DNA from: Octopus sinensis
Taxonomy: Eukaryota
DNA: 64,000 bases
Direction: 5' to 3'
Assembly: GCF_006345805.1 (NCBI RefSeq)
Contig: NC_043019.1
Span: 11,841,360-11,905,359 of the forward strand
Under the pieces are notes generated by a model. That model ran no database searches and was not told the DNA's origin. It saw nothing but the letters and a program-made list of their open reading frames with translations. Below, piece by piece: positions 1-12,395 of the stretch. A program made the translations under genes and the position numbers. Position 1 is the first letter of the stretch, and every line of letters starts with the position of its first letter.

Positions 1-374
1 TTCTAGCAGGTAGGGCTTGGCTGATTCACACCACCTTCGTTGGCGTTTGTCAGATGATGTCAGAGATCAAGGGAGAGATAAATGACATTCACTTCATTTC
101 TTTTACGGTGAGATAAAACTTTGGAACAAATTGGCCAACAGTTGGAATTCATCTTGGGACTGGAATAATAGAATGACTGCATTACACAGTTATTCTCATC
201 CCTCCTTGACCTCTGATCAAACACCTCCAGGGCATAGAATCATTATAGATGTATTACAGTCATGCTATTTAGCTCTCTTTAGTTTCGAGCCACAAGCCCA
301 ATTAGCCCTCCACAGAAGCTAGCTTAAAAAGCTGTACAGTGTGCGGCTTTTAAGCTAATATATATATATATATG

Positions 375-650
375 TTTGTTCCTTCTCAAGCCATGTCTGG
401 CTCATAGGGCCGGTTTCCTTGGCGTATAAGTTCCCCACCTGGATGGGACACCGGTCTGTCACAGGTGAGCTGCAAGACGCAGGAGGAAAGAGTGAGAGAA
501 AGTTGTGGCAAAAGAGTCAGCAGAGGTTCGCCATTACCTTCTGCCAGAGCCGTGTGGCGCTTAGGTGCTTTGCTCATAATCACACACATCACTCGGTCTG
601 AGATTCGAACCAGCAATCCCTTGACCGCGAGTCCACTGCTCAAGCAGCAG
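375..650 (-). mobile_element. tRNA-derived SINE, family C (3' module X), head eroded
   Basis: The reverse complement gives GGACTCGCGGTC...GGTTCGAATCTC (B box), then the same body as 3734 and 24095, ending ...GAAACCGGCCCTATGAGCC...GCTTGAGAAGG. Confidence 0.75.
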
Positions 651-910
651 AAAATTCAACAAAATCTGTTACTCTGAGTTTCTCGTTGCCGTTCATCAGA
701 CAGTTTTTGCTAGAATGGAACCGATATATATATATATATAGTTCAAATTTATATATAAGGCAAGTTTCTTTCAGTTTCTGACTACCAAATCCACTCACAA
801 GGATTTGGTCAGCCTTGACTAACACTTCAAGGCAGTACTCCGGCATGGCCACAGTGCAATGAATTAAGTAAAAAGTAAAAGCATGAAAGACTAAATAAAA
901 TAAATCATTT

Positions 911-1075
911 TAACCCTTTAGCAATTAAAAACCAGCCATATCTGGCCCCAATATTCCACCGGTTTAATATTCAAACCGACCAGATCCAGCATCTCACACC
1001 TACCCTGCAATGTCATTCTAAAACCAAGCAATCACGTGATCAAAGCTACCAGATGTGCGATTAATTCAAAAGAAC
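911..1075. mobile_element. piggyBac-like (TTAA) MITE family 2, partial
   Basis: Starts TTAA-CCCTTTAG and is homologous to the complete copy at 55837-56040. Confidence 0.55.
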
Positions 1076-1086
1076 ATTAACAAACA

Positions 1087-1470
1087 GCAGGAGTGGCTGT
1101 GTGGTAAGTAGCTTGCTAACCAACCACATGGTTCCGGGTTCAGTCCCACTGCGTAGCATCTTGGGCAAGTGTCTTCTGCTATAGCCCCGGGCTGACCAAT
1201 GCCTTGTGAGTGGATTTGGTAGATGGAAACTGAAAGAAGCCTGTCGTATATATGTATGTGTGTTGTTTGTGTGTCTGTGTTTGTCCCCCTAGCATTGCTT
1301 GACAACCGATGCTGGTGTGTTTATGTCCCCGTTACTTAGCGGTTCGGCAAAAGAGACCGATAGAATAAGTACTGGGCTTACAAAAAGAATAAGTCCTGGG
1401 GTCGAGTTGCTCGATTAAAGGCGGTGCTCCAGCATGGCCAGTCAAATGACTGAAACAAGTAAAAGAGTAA
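1087..1470 (+). mobile_element. tRNA-derived SINE, family A, full length
   Basis: Head GCAGGAGTGGCTGTGTGGTAAG...GGTTCAGTCCC, a CTTGGGCAAGT segment, an internal TA/TG microsatellite and the tail GGCGGTGCTCCAGCATGGCC...TGACTGAAACAAGTAAAAGAG. More than 20 copies or fragments occur in the window. Confidence 0.9.
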
Positions 1471-2110
1471 ACAACATGGTTAAAGATAGACAAAGAGTAG
1501 GTTGAAGGTTGATGAGTGATAAATGATGAATGAAAGCATGACAAAACTGTTTTTGGACAACCTTTTATCCTTTATTTAAAATTTATTTATTATTTTTTTT
1601 TTTTGTGAATGTGAATTCAATTCAGACAGCATGTTTGTATGATAGATAAAATATCCCAGATATGGAAGTAGTACTCTCAATGAAAGGTAAGCTGTCAGCG
1701 AGGAAGAGCGAAATAGTTTTAGAGACAGGTCACAGATGTGTAGAGCAAATAATTTTCTGGATTAGAGTGTAAACAGGAGCTGACCTAGTGTGTAAGTACA
1801 TATATTGTTAACTATAACCAACCAACCAACCAACAAACTCCACTAATTATGGTCTTGGGAATAAACTAAATACAATGTGAAAGAAATGTTTTGTAAGGAT
1901 TGTTTATAATTAAAATAACTCATCAATGTTTGCTGTCAACACCTGGTCCTCTCTCTCTCTCTCATTATTTGATTGGTTAAACTTTTACAGTATTAATTGG
2001 CACTATTCAAGATATTTCTTTTGAAATTAAACAATATTCAGAGATATGAACTGTGTGTGTGTATGTTTACATATGGTTGTCTATAGACAACCATATATAA
2101 ACATATATGT

Positions 2111-2490
2111 ACTCTTGTACTTGCTTCAGTCATGTGACTGCGGCCATGCTGGAGCACCACTTTTAGGCGAGCAAATCAACCCCAGGACTTATTCTTTGGA
2201 AGCCTAGTACTTATTCTATCGGTCTCTTTTTCCGAACCACTAAGTTATGGGGACGTAAACACACCAGCATCAGATGTCAATCAATCTTGGGGGGACAAAC
2301 ACAGACACACAAACGCACACACATACACATACATATATATACAACGGGCTTCTTTCAGTTTCCATCTAAGCCTTTGGTCGGCCCGAGGCTATAGTAGAAG
2401 ACACTTGCCCAAGGTACCATGCAGTGGGACTGAACCTGGAACCATGTGGTTCATAAGCAAGCTACTTACCACACAGTCACTCCAGCACCT
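2111..2490 (-). mobile_element. SINE family A
   Basis: Reverse-complement match to 1087-1470 with a small internal deletion. Confidence 0.88.
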
Positions 2491-2748
2491 ATATGTGTGT
2501 GTATGAATATGTGTGAGGCAGTCTTCAACTTTTTCTATCCAAAAATATTTTTCAACCCAATATTTACATATTGTTTATAGCTTTTTGTCTACATCGAGAT
2601 CCACTGTTCCAAAACAGAATTATTTCACATTTATAAAAGTTTTAGGACATCAATAACAAAGAATTCTTGCTGGTAAGAATAAAGTTTTGAAAATGAATGC
2701 AGAAATTTGAAGGACTGCTTTGGGTCAAAGGTTAGAACACCTATATAC

Positions 2749-3041
2749 TAGCTTAAAAGGGTCAAGCTAAAGGGTTTGACCCAGGCATAAAAACCCTTTG
2801 GTTTTACCGTTTTACACCTATTACACTATTTTTCTTTTGTTTTTGTGCCCAGGTCAAACACTACAGTTTAAGGGCCATGGACGGACGATGTGAATTTTCC
2901 AAGTCCTCTCCTCCACCCCCCTTTTGCAAGCGTGCATTTTCTTTGTCATTCGTTTAGAGCAAGTTGTTTTACACCTATTACACTATTTTTTTTTGGTTTC
3001 TATGCCCAGGTCAAACCCTTTAGTTTGACCCTTAAAAGCTA
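2749..3041. mobile_element. MITE with ~41-bp terminal inverted repeats
   Basis: TAGCTTAAAAGGGTCAAGCTAAAGGGTTTGACCCAGGCATA is mirrored by TATGCCCAGGTCAAACCCTTTAGTTTGACCCTTAAAAGCTA. Internal ~50-bp direct repeat (about 2809 and 2967). TA at both ends. Confidence 0.7.
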
Positions 3042-3733
3042 CCCAATAGGGCAGCTCTTAAGCTAGTTCTTCATATTTCAGGCCTGGTGCTTACATTAGA
3101 AATGACAACAAACTAGTATTATAAAAGACAAGCAAATCTCCATCTGTCTGTCCATCACAACATCTATTAGAGGAAGGGAATGAAGGGGAGGAATCAAAAT
3201 ATACATCACAACATGTATTAAGAAGAAGGGGAGGAGAAAAAGTTGTTGTTGAGGGAGAAATACAGTGTGAGAGAAAGTGAGTGTGTGTGTGAAAGCTAGA
3301 TAGATAGGTAGTGTTATCACCATACTAACTAACAAGTTTGGATTTGAAATGCCAAAATTTTAAGTGCAAGTCTGTCACCAGAATGCAAGACAGCTTCAAA
3401 ATGACAAAAAAAAAAGATATTATTTAACAATATATGGTTACTCTTTTAGCTGTGTGTGTGTGTGCTTGTGTGTTTTTGTATGTCTTTCAACATAGAGACT
3501 ACACAACATATACTTTAAAAAAAGTTTCACTATAATGTCAGGTTATTGTTTTTGAGAGAGTAATTCAGTGAGAGAGAGAGAGAGAATGTGCGTGTGTGAA
3601 AGACAGAATTAAAATTTGTTTCAAGAAAAATAAAGGTTGTTATTGTTGAGAAAGAGAGGGTGTATGTGAAAGATAGATAAATAGATAGATAGACTGTTGT
3701 CTAATGAGACTTTCACTATATAACAGTCTACTA

Positions 3734-4117
3734 GGAGGGGCAATGGCCCAGTGGTTAGGGCAGCGGACTCGCAGTCATAGGATCGCGGTTTCGATTCCCA
3801 GACCGGACGTTGTGAGTGTTTATTGAGCGAAAACACCTAAAGCTCCACAAGGCTCCGGCAGGGGATGGTGGTGATCCCTGCTGTACTCTTTCACCACAAC
3901 TGTCTCTCACTCTTACTTCCTGTTTCTGTTGTACCTGTATTTCAAAGGGCCGGCCTTGTCACTCTCTGTGTCACACTGAATATCCCTGAGAACTACGTTA
4001 AGGGTACCCGTGTCTGTGGAGTGCTCAGCCACTTACACATTAATTTCACGAGCAGGCTGTTCCGTTGATTCAGATCAAGCGGAACCCTCATCATCGTAAC
4101 CGATGGAGTGCTTCCTA
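3734..4117 (+). mobile_element. tRNA(Arg)-like SINE, family C (3' module Y), with 16-bp TSD
   Basis: A box TGGCCCAGTGG, anticodon-like GGAC-TCG-CAGTC, B box GGTTTCGATTCCC. TSD ATATAACAGTCTACTA at 3718-3733 and 4118-4133. Confidence 0.9.
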
Positions 4118-4490
4118 ATATAACAGTCTACTATAAAAAGAAGGTATGTGCATGATGAACACATTGCTGCCGGTGTAGTATGTGATCTACATTAGTTCAA
4201 ATGGGATAGTTTGTGATCTACACTGACTATGGAACAATTGGGACAATATATATCATCATTGCTTTGTTTAACGTCCATTAATTCTTTTCCTTTATCTTTT
4301 ATGTAAACACCACACGAATTGTAGACTGCCTTTGTCATGTCCCCCTCATATATGCCCCTGTGGCAAATAAAAATTATTATTATTATTATTATTATAAAAA
4401 GGCGGCGACCTAACAGAATGGTCAATGTAGACTAGGCCCCTGCCTCAAAATGTCAGACCTTGTGCCTTTAGTAGAAGGGATTGTTAATTA

Positions 4491-4886
4491 CTAGCAGTAT
4501 CGCCTGGCGTTGCTCGGGTTTGTAAGGGAAATAACTATATAAGCATTTTTAGAGATGTAAAGTATAATAGCCATCTCAATATGGCTAACCACAAAGGGGG
4601 GGCTGTTACTGTAGCTTTTTACGTTCTGAGATTTAATAATACATTTTTAGAGAGTTACTTCCCTTATATAAAAGCAAAAAATGCATTAAAAATGGGAAAA
4701 AATGATGGTAATTTTTTTTTTTAAGCGTAGACTCATCGTAGACGCGTGCTAATGCCCAGAAGGGCTCGATATGAATCACGACTATAAGATACCCGGTTTT
4801 GGTTAAACTGCACCGCAAAATGTGGGAGTAGTTAGGAATCTAAATCGTAGGAGACAGACACACAACTTCACTTTTATATATAAAGA
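4491..4886 (-). mobile_element. Non-autonomous Helitron, family H1
   Basis: The minus strand begins TC(TTTATATATAAAAG) and ends with the hairpin CCCGAGCAACGCCAGG followed by CTAG. Inserted between A and T with no TSD. Confidence 0.8.
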
Positions 4887-4914
4887 TTATTATTATCATA
4901 TAATAAAAAAAAAA

Positions 4915-5155
4915 GCGACGAGTTGGCAGAATGGTTAACACGCCGGGCGCTGAAAGAATGCCTCTAATGCTTAGCAGCATTTCGTCCGTCTTTACGTTCT
5001 GAGTTCAAAGACCGTCGAGGTCGACTTTGCTTTCATTCTTTCGAGATCGATAAAAACAAGTGCCAGTTGAACACTGGGACCGATGTAATCGACTCATCCA
5101 CTCCTCCAAACTTGCTGCCCTTATGGCAAAATTTGAAACCATTATTATTATTATT
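4915..5155 (+). mobile_element. tRNA-derived SINE, family B (short-tail variant)
   Basis: A box TTGGCAGAATGG, B box GAGTTCAAA, the GTCGACTTTG...AAGTGCCAG body and an (ATT)n tail. Confidence 0.75.
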
Positions 5156-5941
5156 AATATTATTCGAAAATGCCGCAAGGCATGCCCAGCAAAATGCTTA
5201 GTGGCATCTCGTCTGTCTTTACATGCCGAGTTTAAATTTCCCTCGAAATCGTTGGCCTTGTGTCAGAATTTATAAATCACTATCATAATCAAGTCGAGTC
5301 TAAAAAGCAATTCCTACTGATAGCAGCTTGGTTTTACTTGTCAAAATTTGACACGCTAATTGTACAAACAACCCAGCCAACACAGGCACAGACACACCAC
5401 TGAAAATACTAACATGAGCCGACGTGGGATACTTTATATGGTCGTCCCTTTCAAGATGCTAGAAAAAGCAACCTAAACTCCCTCATTTTACAAAATATTC
5501 TTCGAAAAATAAAAATAAAAAGACATACGATTGGTTTTCTTGTACGTAGGAAATAAATGTAATAGTCACGGCTGGAATACTTTTCGTTTATAGGCTTAAC
5601 CTATCAACAGATGCCTGTGCGGTAAAAAGTTTGTTTCACAATAACATAGTCCCCTTTCTAGTACCATTGAGAGGCACCTTGGACTACTATAGCTCCGGGC
5701 TGAGTAAATTTGGGAGACAGAAACTGAAAAAGCTGAACTTCGGATGCTCTTACAAGTATAATTTTTTTAAACTTTCACAAGGAGAAAAACTGAAAATGTT
5801 GACTAAAAAACACATGGCTGACGCCCCGGGCGACTGCCCGAGTTGCCGGTACCTTCAACCGGCCCTGGTTAGGGGTTGATTTGTTCGACGAAACACTTCA
5901 AGGCGCTAACCCAGCATGACCGCAGTCGAATGACTGAAACA

Positions 5942-5985
<44 letters not shown>

Positions 5986-6554
5986 TTTAGAAAAACTAGA
6001 GCAGTCTATATGTTTTCCTGGTGAAGGATAGCTTATGGGATGACCCTGGGCTTCTCGTTCATATTTTAAAGGGGTCATAAACCACACACATATATACACA
6101 TATATTGCAGTGTGTTTGTGGAGTGTGAATAGGACTGTTTTGGGGAATATCTTTTGATAATAAGGCTATCGTATCCGATATGTATTTCCCGTTTTACGAC
6201 AATAGAATACGATTCGAGGGAGATGTAATGGCTGCTTTTTCTAGTAAGTTGAGCAGCGGCCACGTAAAGGATGGCTCCCTTACGCCTCATTGGTAACAAT
6301 GGGATTCGAAACCAGATCGGTGAGTTTTACTCACAGACTTGTAGATGGTCTCTTTCAGTGATTTCCGATACAAAGTACAGAGGAGACGGTTCGTTTGTAA
6401 CGTTTTATTTCAACGGGAAAACGAAACCAGAAGCATAAGGGGTGTAATTGGAGTCGCAACGAAGTTGCTTTTAGTTATTTGAAATACATATTGTCATTTA
6501 TCTCTTACTCGTTAGTCATATATTATATATAAGTATGTTTCTCCATTTTCTAAT

Positions 6555-6700
6555 TTTGTTTCAATTTCCGTCCACCAAATCAGAAGGCCTAGGGCTACGG
6601 TAAAAAAAACACGGGCCTAAGATGCCACGCAGTGGGACTGAACCTGGAACCATGCAGTCATGAAGCAAATTTCTTTACCACAACGCCACGGTTGCGTCTA
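6555..6700 (-). mobile_element. SINE family A, 5' fragment
   Basis: Degenerate match to the SINE A head (GCAGTGGGACTGAACCTGGAACCATG). Confidence 0.6.
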
Positions 6701-6746
6701 TATTGTACATGTAAGCATTAATTAATTAGTGGAAACTTTAGTCTGT

Positions 6747-6784
<38 letters not shown>

Positions 6785-7219
6785 CGCTGTCACGTCACCA
6801 AAAACTAGTTCTTCGTATTTTTTAGGCAGATTTTCGGAATAGCTATCCCATATAAGTTGAAGTAATTCCTTTTTGGGGGTTGAAATGTTTGGAATTTTTC
6901 CACATTTTTTTAGCATCCCACATACAAAACAATAGAGGAAGGCGTTTAAAAAAAATTAATTAATCCTTATTTTTCAAACGTCTCGTCTCCACCACCCCAA
7001 TCACAACATCGTGCCTTCCAAAGCAGCAAAACACTACCGAAATTTTTGTCACATTTCTGGCAATAACCTCGGCTGCTTGCTGTATATCACAGATGGAATT
7101 CCTTAGTTTTGGTCCCGAAAAAAAAAAATTTGAATAACGGAGAAATTCCAATTTATGTAGAACAGTTATTCTGAAAGTCTAAACTAACTGCAGTGTATAC
7201 AGGCTTCATGAGTGTATTG

Positions 7220-7225
7220 TATGTA

Positions 7226-7264
<39 letters not shown>

Positions 7265-7374
7265 GTGTGTATATATATATATATGTGTGTGTGTGTATAT
7301 ATATATGTGTGTATATATATTATATATATATATATATATGTGAGTGTGTATATATATATATATGTGTGTGTGTG

Positions 7375-7409
<35 letters not shown>

Positions 7410-7468
7410 GTGTGTGTATATATATATATATATATATGTGTGTGTATGTATATATATATATATATATA

Positions 7469-7539
<71 letters not shown>

Positions 7540-7924
7540 ATATATATATATATGTGTGTGTATATATATATATATGTGTGTGTGTATATATATATGTGTG
7601 TGTGTATATATATATATATGTGTGTGTATATATATGTGTGTGTATATATATATATGTGTGTGTATATATATATGTGTGTGTATATATATATATGTGTGTG
7701 TATATATATATATGTGTGTGTATATATATATATATGTGTGTGTGTGTATATATATGTGTGTGTATATATATATATGTGTGTGTATATATATATATGTGTG
7801 TGTATATATATATATATATATGTGTGTATATATATATATATATGTGTGTGTATATATATATATGTGTATATATATACATGCCCATATATTATATATATGT
7901 GTGTGTGTGTGTGTATGCCTATAT

Positions 7925-7950
<26 letters not shown>
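7220..7950. repeat. Compound (TA)n(TG)m microsatellite array, ~730 bp
   Basis: Alternating TA and TG runs. Source of the spurious YI/CV ORFs. Confidence 0.97.
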
Positions 7951-7955
<5 letters not shown>

Positions 7956-8849
7956 TACACACCCAACCCTGTTGTTGAGCTAAACTCCAGGGGTGCCGTT
8001 TATACAATAGAAGAAAGTGTATATATTGTTTATATTATACAATGTAAAGCAAATCTCTTCCTTACATTGATAACTAAAAATGGCCATACAGAGATATGTT
8101 TGTACAAGTCATCAAATATTTATTTCTATTAATTGCAAAAATGAAAAATACACCAACCTTCGGCAATGCATAAACACACACACACAGACATATATATATA
8201 TATAAAGAACAACAATGGTACACTAAAACTTCTTACCGTGCAATCGAAGTGGATAACCATTCCGAAAACTTGCTGAAGAACACAACGTCAAATAAACACA
8301 GCAGTTCAATAAAATCGAATTAAATATAATAATAAAATATATCCAGGAGCAAGTTGGGGGAAAGTCTGGATCGGTTAAATAGTATAAAGACATTAGGTTA
8401 GGCAGAGTTAAAGCTGACAGCAGTGTATGCTACGAGACCAACATGTACATTCAGGGTACCTTCCTGTCTCTCTCTCGCTCTCTCTCTGTCTCTGTATTTG
8501 CCCTGCTGCTACGGATATATCTAGTTCACCTCTGCTCTCTCTCTTCGTCTACATGTGGTTGTGTGTCATTTCTTTCGTTGAAAGTCGGCGGGTTGGTGGT
8601 GTTGGTTAATGGTAATCAAGGAAGAGAAAAGAGATGTGAAATAGGAGGGAGGCTCTTGGTTTAGGGAGATATATTAGGGGGGGGGGGGGGGTGAAGGAAG
8701 TTGAATGTGGAAGAAGCGAAGTTTTACAAGTGCAGGAGGAAAGAGAGAGAGAGAGAGAGAAATATAAACATAGAATGAGGAAGGAAAACAAGAATTGATA
8801 GGGAGGGGATAGCTTAAAAACAAGAAGAAGCCAAATAAACAGAAGAAAA

Positions 8850-9500
8850 AAATTAAGAGGGAAGACTGGACATAGAAAAGAAGGGAAAATAGAGAGAAGC
8901 ACAGTTTATATGGGAGTGATGAGAGATAGAAGTGAAATACGAATAAAGGAAAGAAATAGGCAATGAAGGCAAAATAGAGAAGAAAAATACAATGAAAGAT
9001 AGGAAAGAAACAGTGGTGAGATGGTCAATAAGGCTAATGTTAGAGAGAGAGAGAGTGAGAGGAAGAGATTAATAGAGAGAGGGAGGGAGTTAAAGAGAAA
9101 GTTAAAAAGAGAGAAAGATAAGGGCATAGAGAGGGGGAGGAATATAGAGAGAGAGGAGTAAAGAGAGAAGGGAAGGAATACACAGAGGGGAACAAGGGTA
9201 GCAAGAGAAAGATTAAGAAAAAGAGATAAAAAGAAATAGAGATAGAGAGAGTGAGAGGAACGATTGGGAGAGAGAGGAAGAGATTAATAGAGAGAGGGAG
9301 GAAGTTAAAGAGAAAGTTACAAAGTGAGAAGGATAAGGACATAGAGAGGGGGAGGAATATAGAGAGAAGGGAAAGAATACACAGAGGGACAAGGGTAGCA
9401 AGAGAAAGATTAAGAAAAAGAGATAAAAAGGAATAGAGAGAGAGAGAGAGGGGGTGACGGAAAAGTGACAGACACAGAGATGGGAAAAAAGAGATAGTGA
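8850..9500. repeat. Purine-rich low-complexity tract with ~200-bp tandem units
   Basis: GAGAGGAAGAGATTAATAGAGAGAGGG...AGCAAGAGAAAGATTAAGAAAAAGAGATAAAA recurs at about 9055 and 9270. Confidence 0.85.
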
Positions 9501-9660
9501 GAGTGTTAGCTTAATCACATGGGGGGAAGGAGGTGGATGTAATTAACGGGTTGTCTACATCCAAAGTTTATCTCGCGGACACAATTAACGTTGAGATCAC
9601 CACCGCTACACGCGTTAAAGACGAGGGTGGACGTATGTGTTAAATATATATATATATATA

Positions 9661-10053
9661 TACTCTTTTACTCTTTTTTACTTGTTGCAGTCATTTGACT
9701 GCGGCCATGCTGGAGCACCGCCTTCTTGTCGAGCAAATCGACCCCGGGACTTATTCTTTTTTGTAAGCCCAGTACTTATTCTATCGGTTTTCTTTTGCCG
9801 AACCGCTAAGTTACGGGGACATAAACACACTAGCATCGGTTGTCAAGCAATGCTAGGGGGACAAACACACACACGCATATATATATATATATACATATAT
9901 ACGACAGGCTTCTTTCAGTTTCCGTCTACCAAATCCACTCACAAGGCATTGGTCGGCTCGGAGCTATAGCAGAAGACACTTGCCCAAGGTGCCACGCAGT
10001 GGGACTGAACCCGGAACCATGTGGTTGGTTAGCAAGCTACTTACCACACAGCC
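9661..10053 (-). mobile_element. SINE family A, full length
   Basis: Reverse-complement match to the SINE A consensus. Confidence 0.9.
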
Positions 10054-10257
10054 TATATATATATATTTAATATACATTTATTACTGTCACAACCTGGGAC
10101 CTTGAAGACTGCTTAAATGCAAGGAAGTATACTAGGCCCTTAATATTTTATATTCAATATTTCATCTATTCAATAAGACAATCAATACTTCATTTCATTT
10201 TACTATATATATTATTTATACTATATATTCTATATTCTACATTAATATTATAAAGAA

Positions 10258-10642
10258 CTAGCAGTATCGCCCGGCGTTGCTCAGGTTTGTAAGGGAAATA
10301 ACTATAAAGCAATTTTAGAGAGTTATAGCCAAAAAATAGCAAAAAAATGGAAAAAAATTATGGTAAATTTTTTTTTGAGATTTAAAAAAGGTGGAGTTGC
10401 GTCCCCTAGACAGTTTGTGGTATGTGTTTCTGATTCTCGACCCCATGTCGAATTTATCGATTTTTTTCAGAACTGGGGGAACTTTTCAAAATTTTCGCTG
10501 CGTTAGTTTTGAATTATGACATTGGGCTATGTGTGTGTCAAGTTTCATCAGAATCGGTTGAAAGCCGTGGTCAGGGTGAGGGTACAAGCAAACAGACACA
10601 CAGAAACACGCACAGACAAACTGCCGTTTATATAGAGAGAGA
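10258..10642 (-). mobile_element. Non-autonomous Helitron, H1 3' end with a different 5' module
   Basis: Same CTAG/hairpin end as 4491. The other end is a different sequence (AAGTTTCATCAGAATCGG...ACAGACAAACTGCCGTTTATATAGAGAGAGA), still terminating in TC on the minus strand at an A/T site. Confidence 0.75.
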
Positions 10643-10889
10643 TATAAATAAAACATAAAAAACAGACAGAGTTGGAATTCCTTTGAATAATATATATATA
10701 TATATATATATATATTGTCATACATGTACGCACATATACGTATACATGTATACATACATGCAGACAGACAGAAGTAACATCGCGCAGATCAAAACCTGAC
10801 CTTAGACGTCCGGAGTATTAAAGTGGACAGTCCCACCCGGGGTCGCCATCCAGGGAACAAGAGAATACCTACATAACGCAAAAATATAC

Positions 10890-11221
10890 AACTCTGCACA
10901 CACACATACATACATAAATACACACATACATACATACATACATACATACATACATACATACATAACATACATACAAACATACATACACACATACATACAT
11001 ACCTACAATACATACATACATACATACATACATACATACATACATACATACATACATACATACATACACACACATACATACATACATACATACACACACA
11101 TACATACATACATACATCATACATACATACATACAAGCATACATACATCATACATACACACATACATACATACATACATACAAGCATACATACATCATAC
11201 ATACACACATACATACATACA

Positions 11222-11255
<34 letters not shown>

Positions 11256-11460
11256 CATACATACACACATACACACATACATACATACATACATACATAC
11301 ATACATACATACATACACACATACATACATACATACATACATACATACATACATACATACATACATACATACATACATACATACATCATACATACACACA
11401 TACATACATACATACATACATACAAACATACACACATAAATACATACATACATACATACA
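10890..11460. repeat. (TACA)n microsatellite
   Basis: Direct reading. Source of the MYVC ORFs. Confidence 0.97.
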
Positions 11461-11465
11461 AACAT

Positions 11466-11665
11466 AAAGTTAATCCAAACAAGAAAACACAAAGAAACAC
11501 AACTTGAGGACGTGGGACAAATAAAGTATTATTGGACGCTCAGGAAAGAAGGAAAGAAGGAGGGTTTAACGTTTCGAGCGGAGCTCTTCGTCGGAAACAT
11601 AGAAGGAAAGATCCAGAGAAGGGAAGACAGAGGAAAAAAATCGCCAACGATACAAACGCGGTCAC
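11466..11665 (-). mobile_element. ~200-bp Penelope-pLTR/retrozyme-like repeat, family P1
   Basis: Homologous copies at 43624-43942 and 53487-53659. Carries a hammerhead-like motif and is embedded in microsatellite. Confidence 0.65.
11564..11598 (-). ncRNA. Candidate minimal type-I hammerhead ribozyme, U4C core variant
   Basis: GTTT-CCGACGA-A-GAGC(TCC)GCTC-GAAA-CGT-T-AAAC. Stem I GTTT/AAAC, stem II 4 bp, palindromic ACGT stem III, GUU triplet. Confidence 0.55.
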
Positions 11666-11857
11666 ACACACACACATACATACATACACACATACATACA
11701 TACATACATACATACATACATACATACATACATACATACATACATACACACACACATATTTATCAAGTGGACAGACGTACGTGTCTTGAGGCAATGCAAA
11801 AAAAAAACAAACAAAAACAGGAAAGAAACTGAGACCAGCAGACTTATAAATCAACAC

Positions 11858-12395
11858 ACGTTTATCAATTTGTGTTGCCAGATTCCTGATGTGAAACCAT
11901 GTGTTGAAACAGATATTGTATTTCGGGACGGTCATTTTTTTTCCTTTTGCCAAATAAACACACGCACTGTATATTCGTTCTTCACTCGTTCATTACTGTT
12001 CTTATGTTAACTCATGTCTGTTGTCCGGAAATCTTTCGTCACACATCTGTGACCTCTTCAGCTACACTTCCCGTCCTCATATGTGCTCCTGCTCCACATA
12101 GTCCGGAGAATTTCGGACAACGGACATGAGTTAAATAAATGAGCGAAGAACGAATATATAGTACGGGTGTTTATTTGGCAAAAAAAAAATGACTTTCCCG
12201 AAATACAATATATATTTCAACACACGGTTTCACATCAGGAATCTTACAACACAAATTCATAGGCGTATATATAAATTCTCTGAAAATGGACAAAGCGGAG
12301 AAGAAGCACACACGAGAGCAGAAAGTGTCACTGAAAAGGTCACTGATGTATGATGAAAGATTTCCAGACAATTGATACGAGTTAAAATAAGAAAA
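11858..12395. mobile_element. Inverted/rearranged Penelope-pLTR-like repeat, family P2 (three partial copies)
   Basis: Arms 11858-12037 and about 12105-12258 are inverted copies, with a third partial copy at 12300-12395. Homologous to 51693-51855, which lies downstream of a GIY-YIG remnant. Confidence 0.7.
12023..12066 (-). ncRNA. Candidate type-I hammerhead ribozyme, canonical core, stem I degraded
   Basis: CTGAAGA-G-GTCAC(AGATGT)GTGAC-GAAA-GATTT-C-CGGAC, UUC triplet. A sister copy at 12326-12370 has core CTGAAAA. Confidence 0.6.

Noticed and set aside
1600-1695. Possible exon ending in AAG|GTAAGC
   Set aside because: The obvious acceptor gives stops in all three frames, and alternatives are too short to support.
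2515-2720. Possible ~200-bp MITE (GCAGTC-TTCAA / TTGAAGGACTGC), and similarly 58143-58423
   Set aside because: The TIRs are short and imperfect, with no convincing TSD and no second copy in the window.
3734-3810. tRNA-like sequences with A and B boxes
   Set aside because: They are SINE heads continuing into repeat bodies with TSDs, and no complete cloverleaf acceptor stem is evident.
5570-5620. CTGTTGA...GAAA on the minus strand, and CTGAGGA...GAAT at about 41800
   Set aside because: No compatible stem I, stem III or NUH triplet could be drawn.
7184-8132. Long ORFs of 233-262 aa (YI/CV/HT repeats), and similar ones at 10789-11500, 15903-16541, 36058-37054 and 61950-62461
   Set aside because: These are translations of stop-free microsatellites with no protein signal.
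11878-11930. CCTGATGTGAAACC...GAAAC as a further hammerhead
   Set aside because: A9 is missing, and I could not build stems I and II consistently in either inverted copy.
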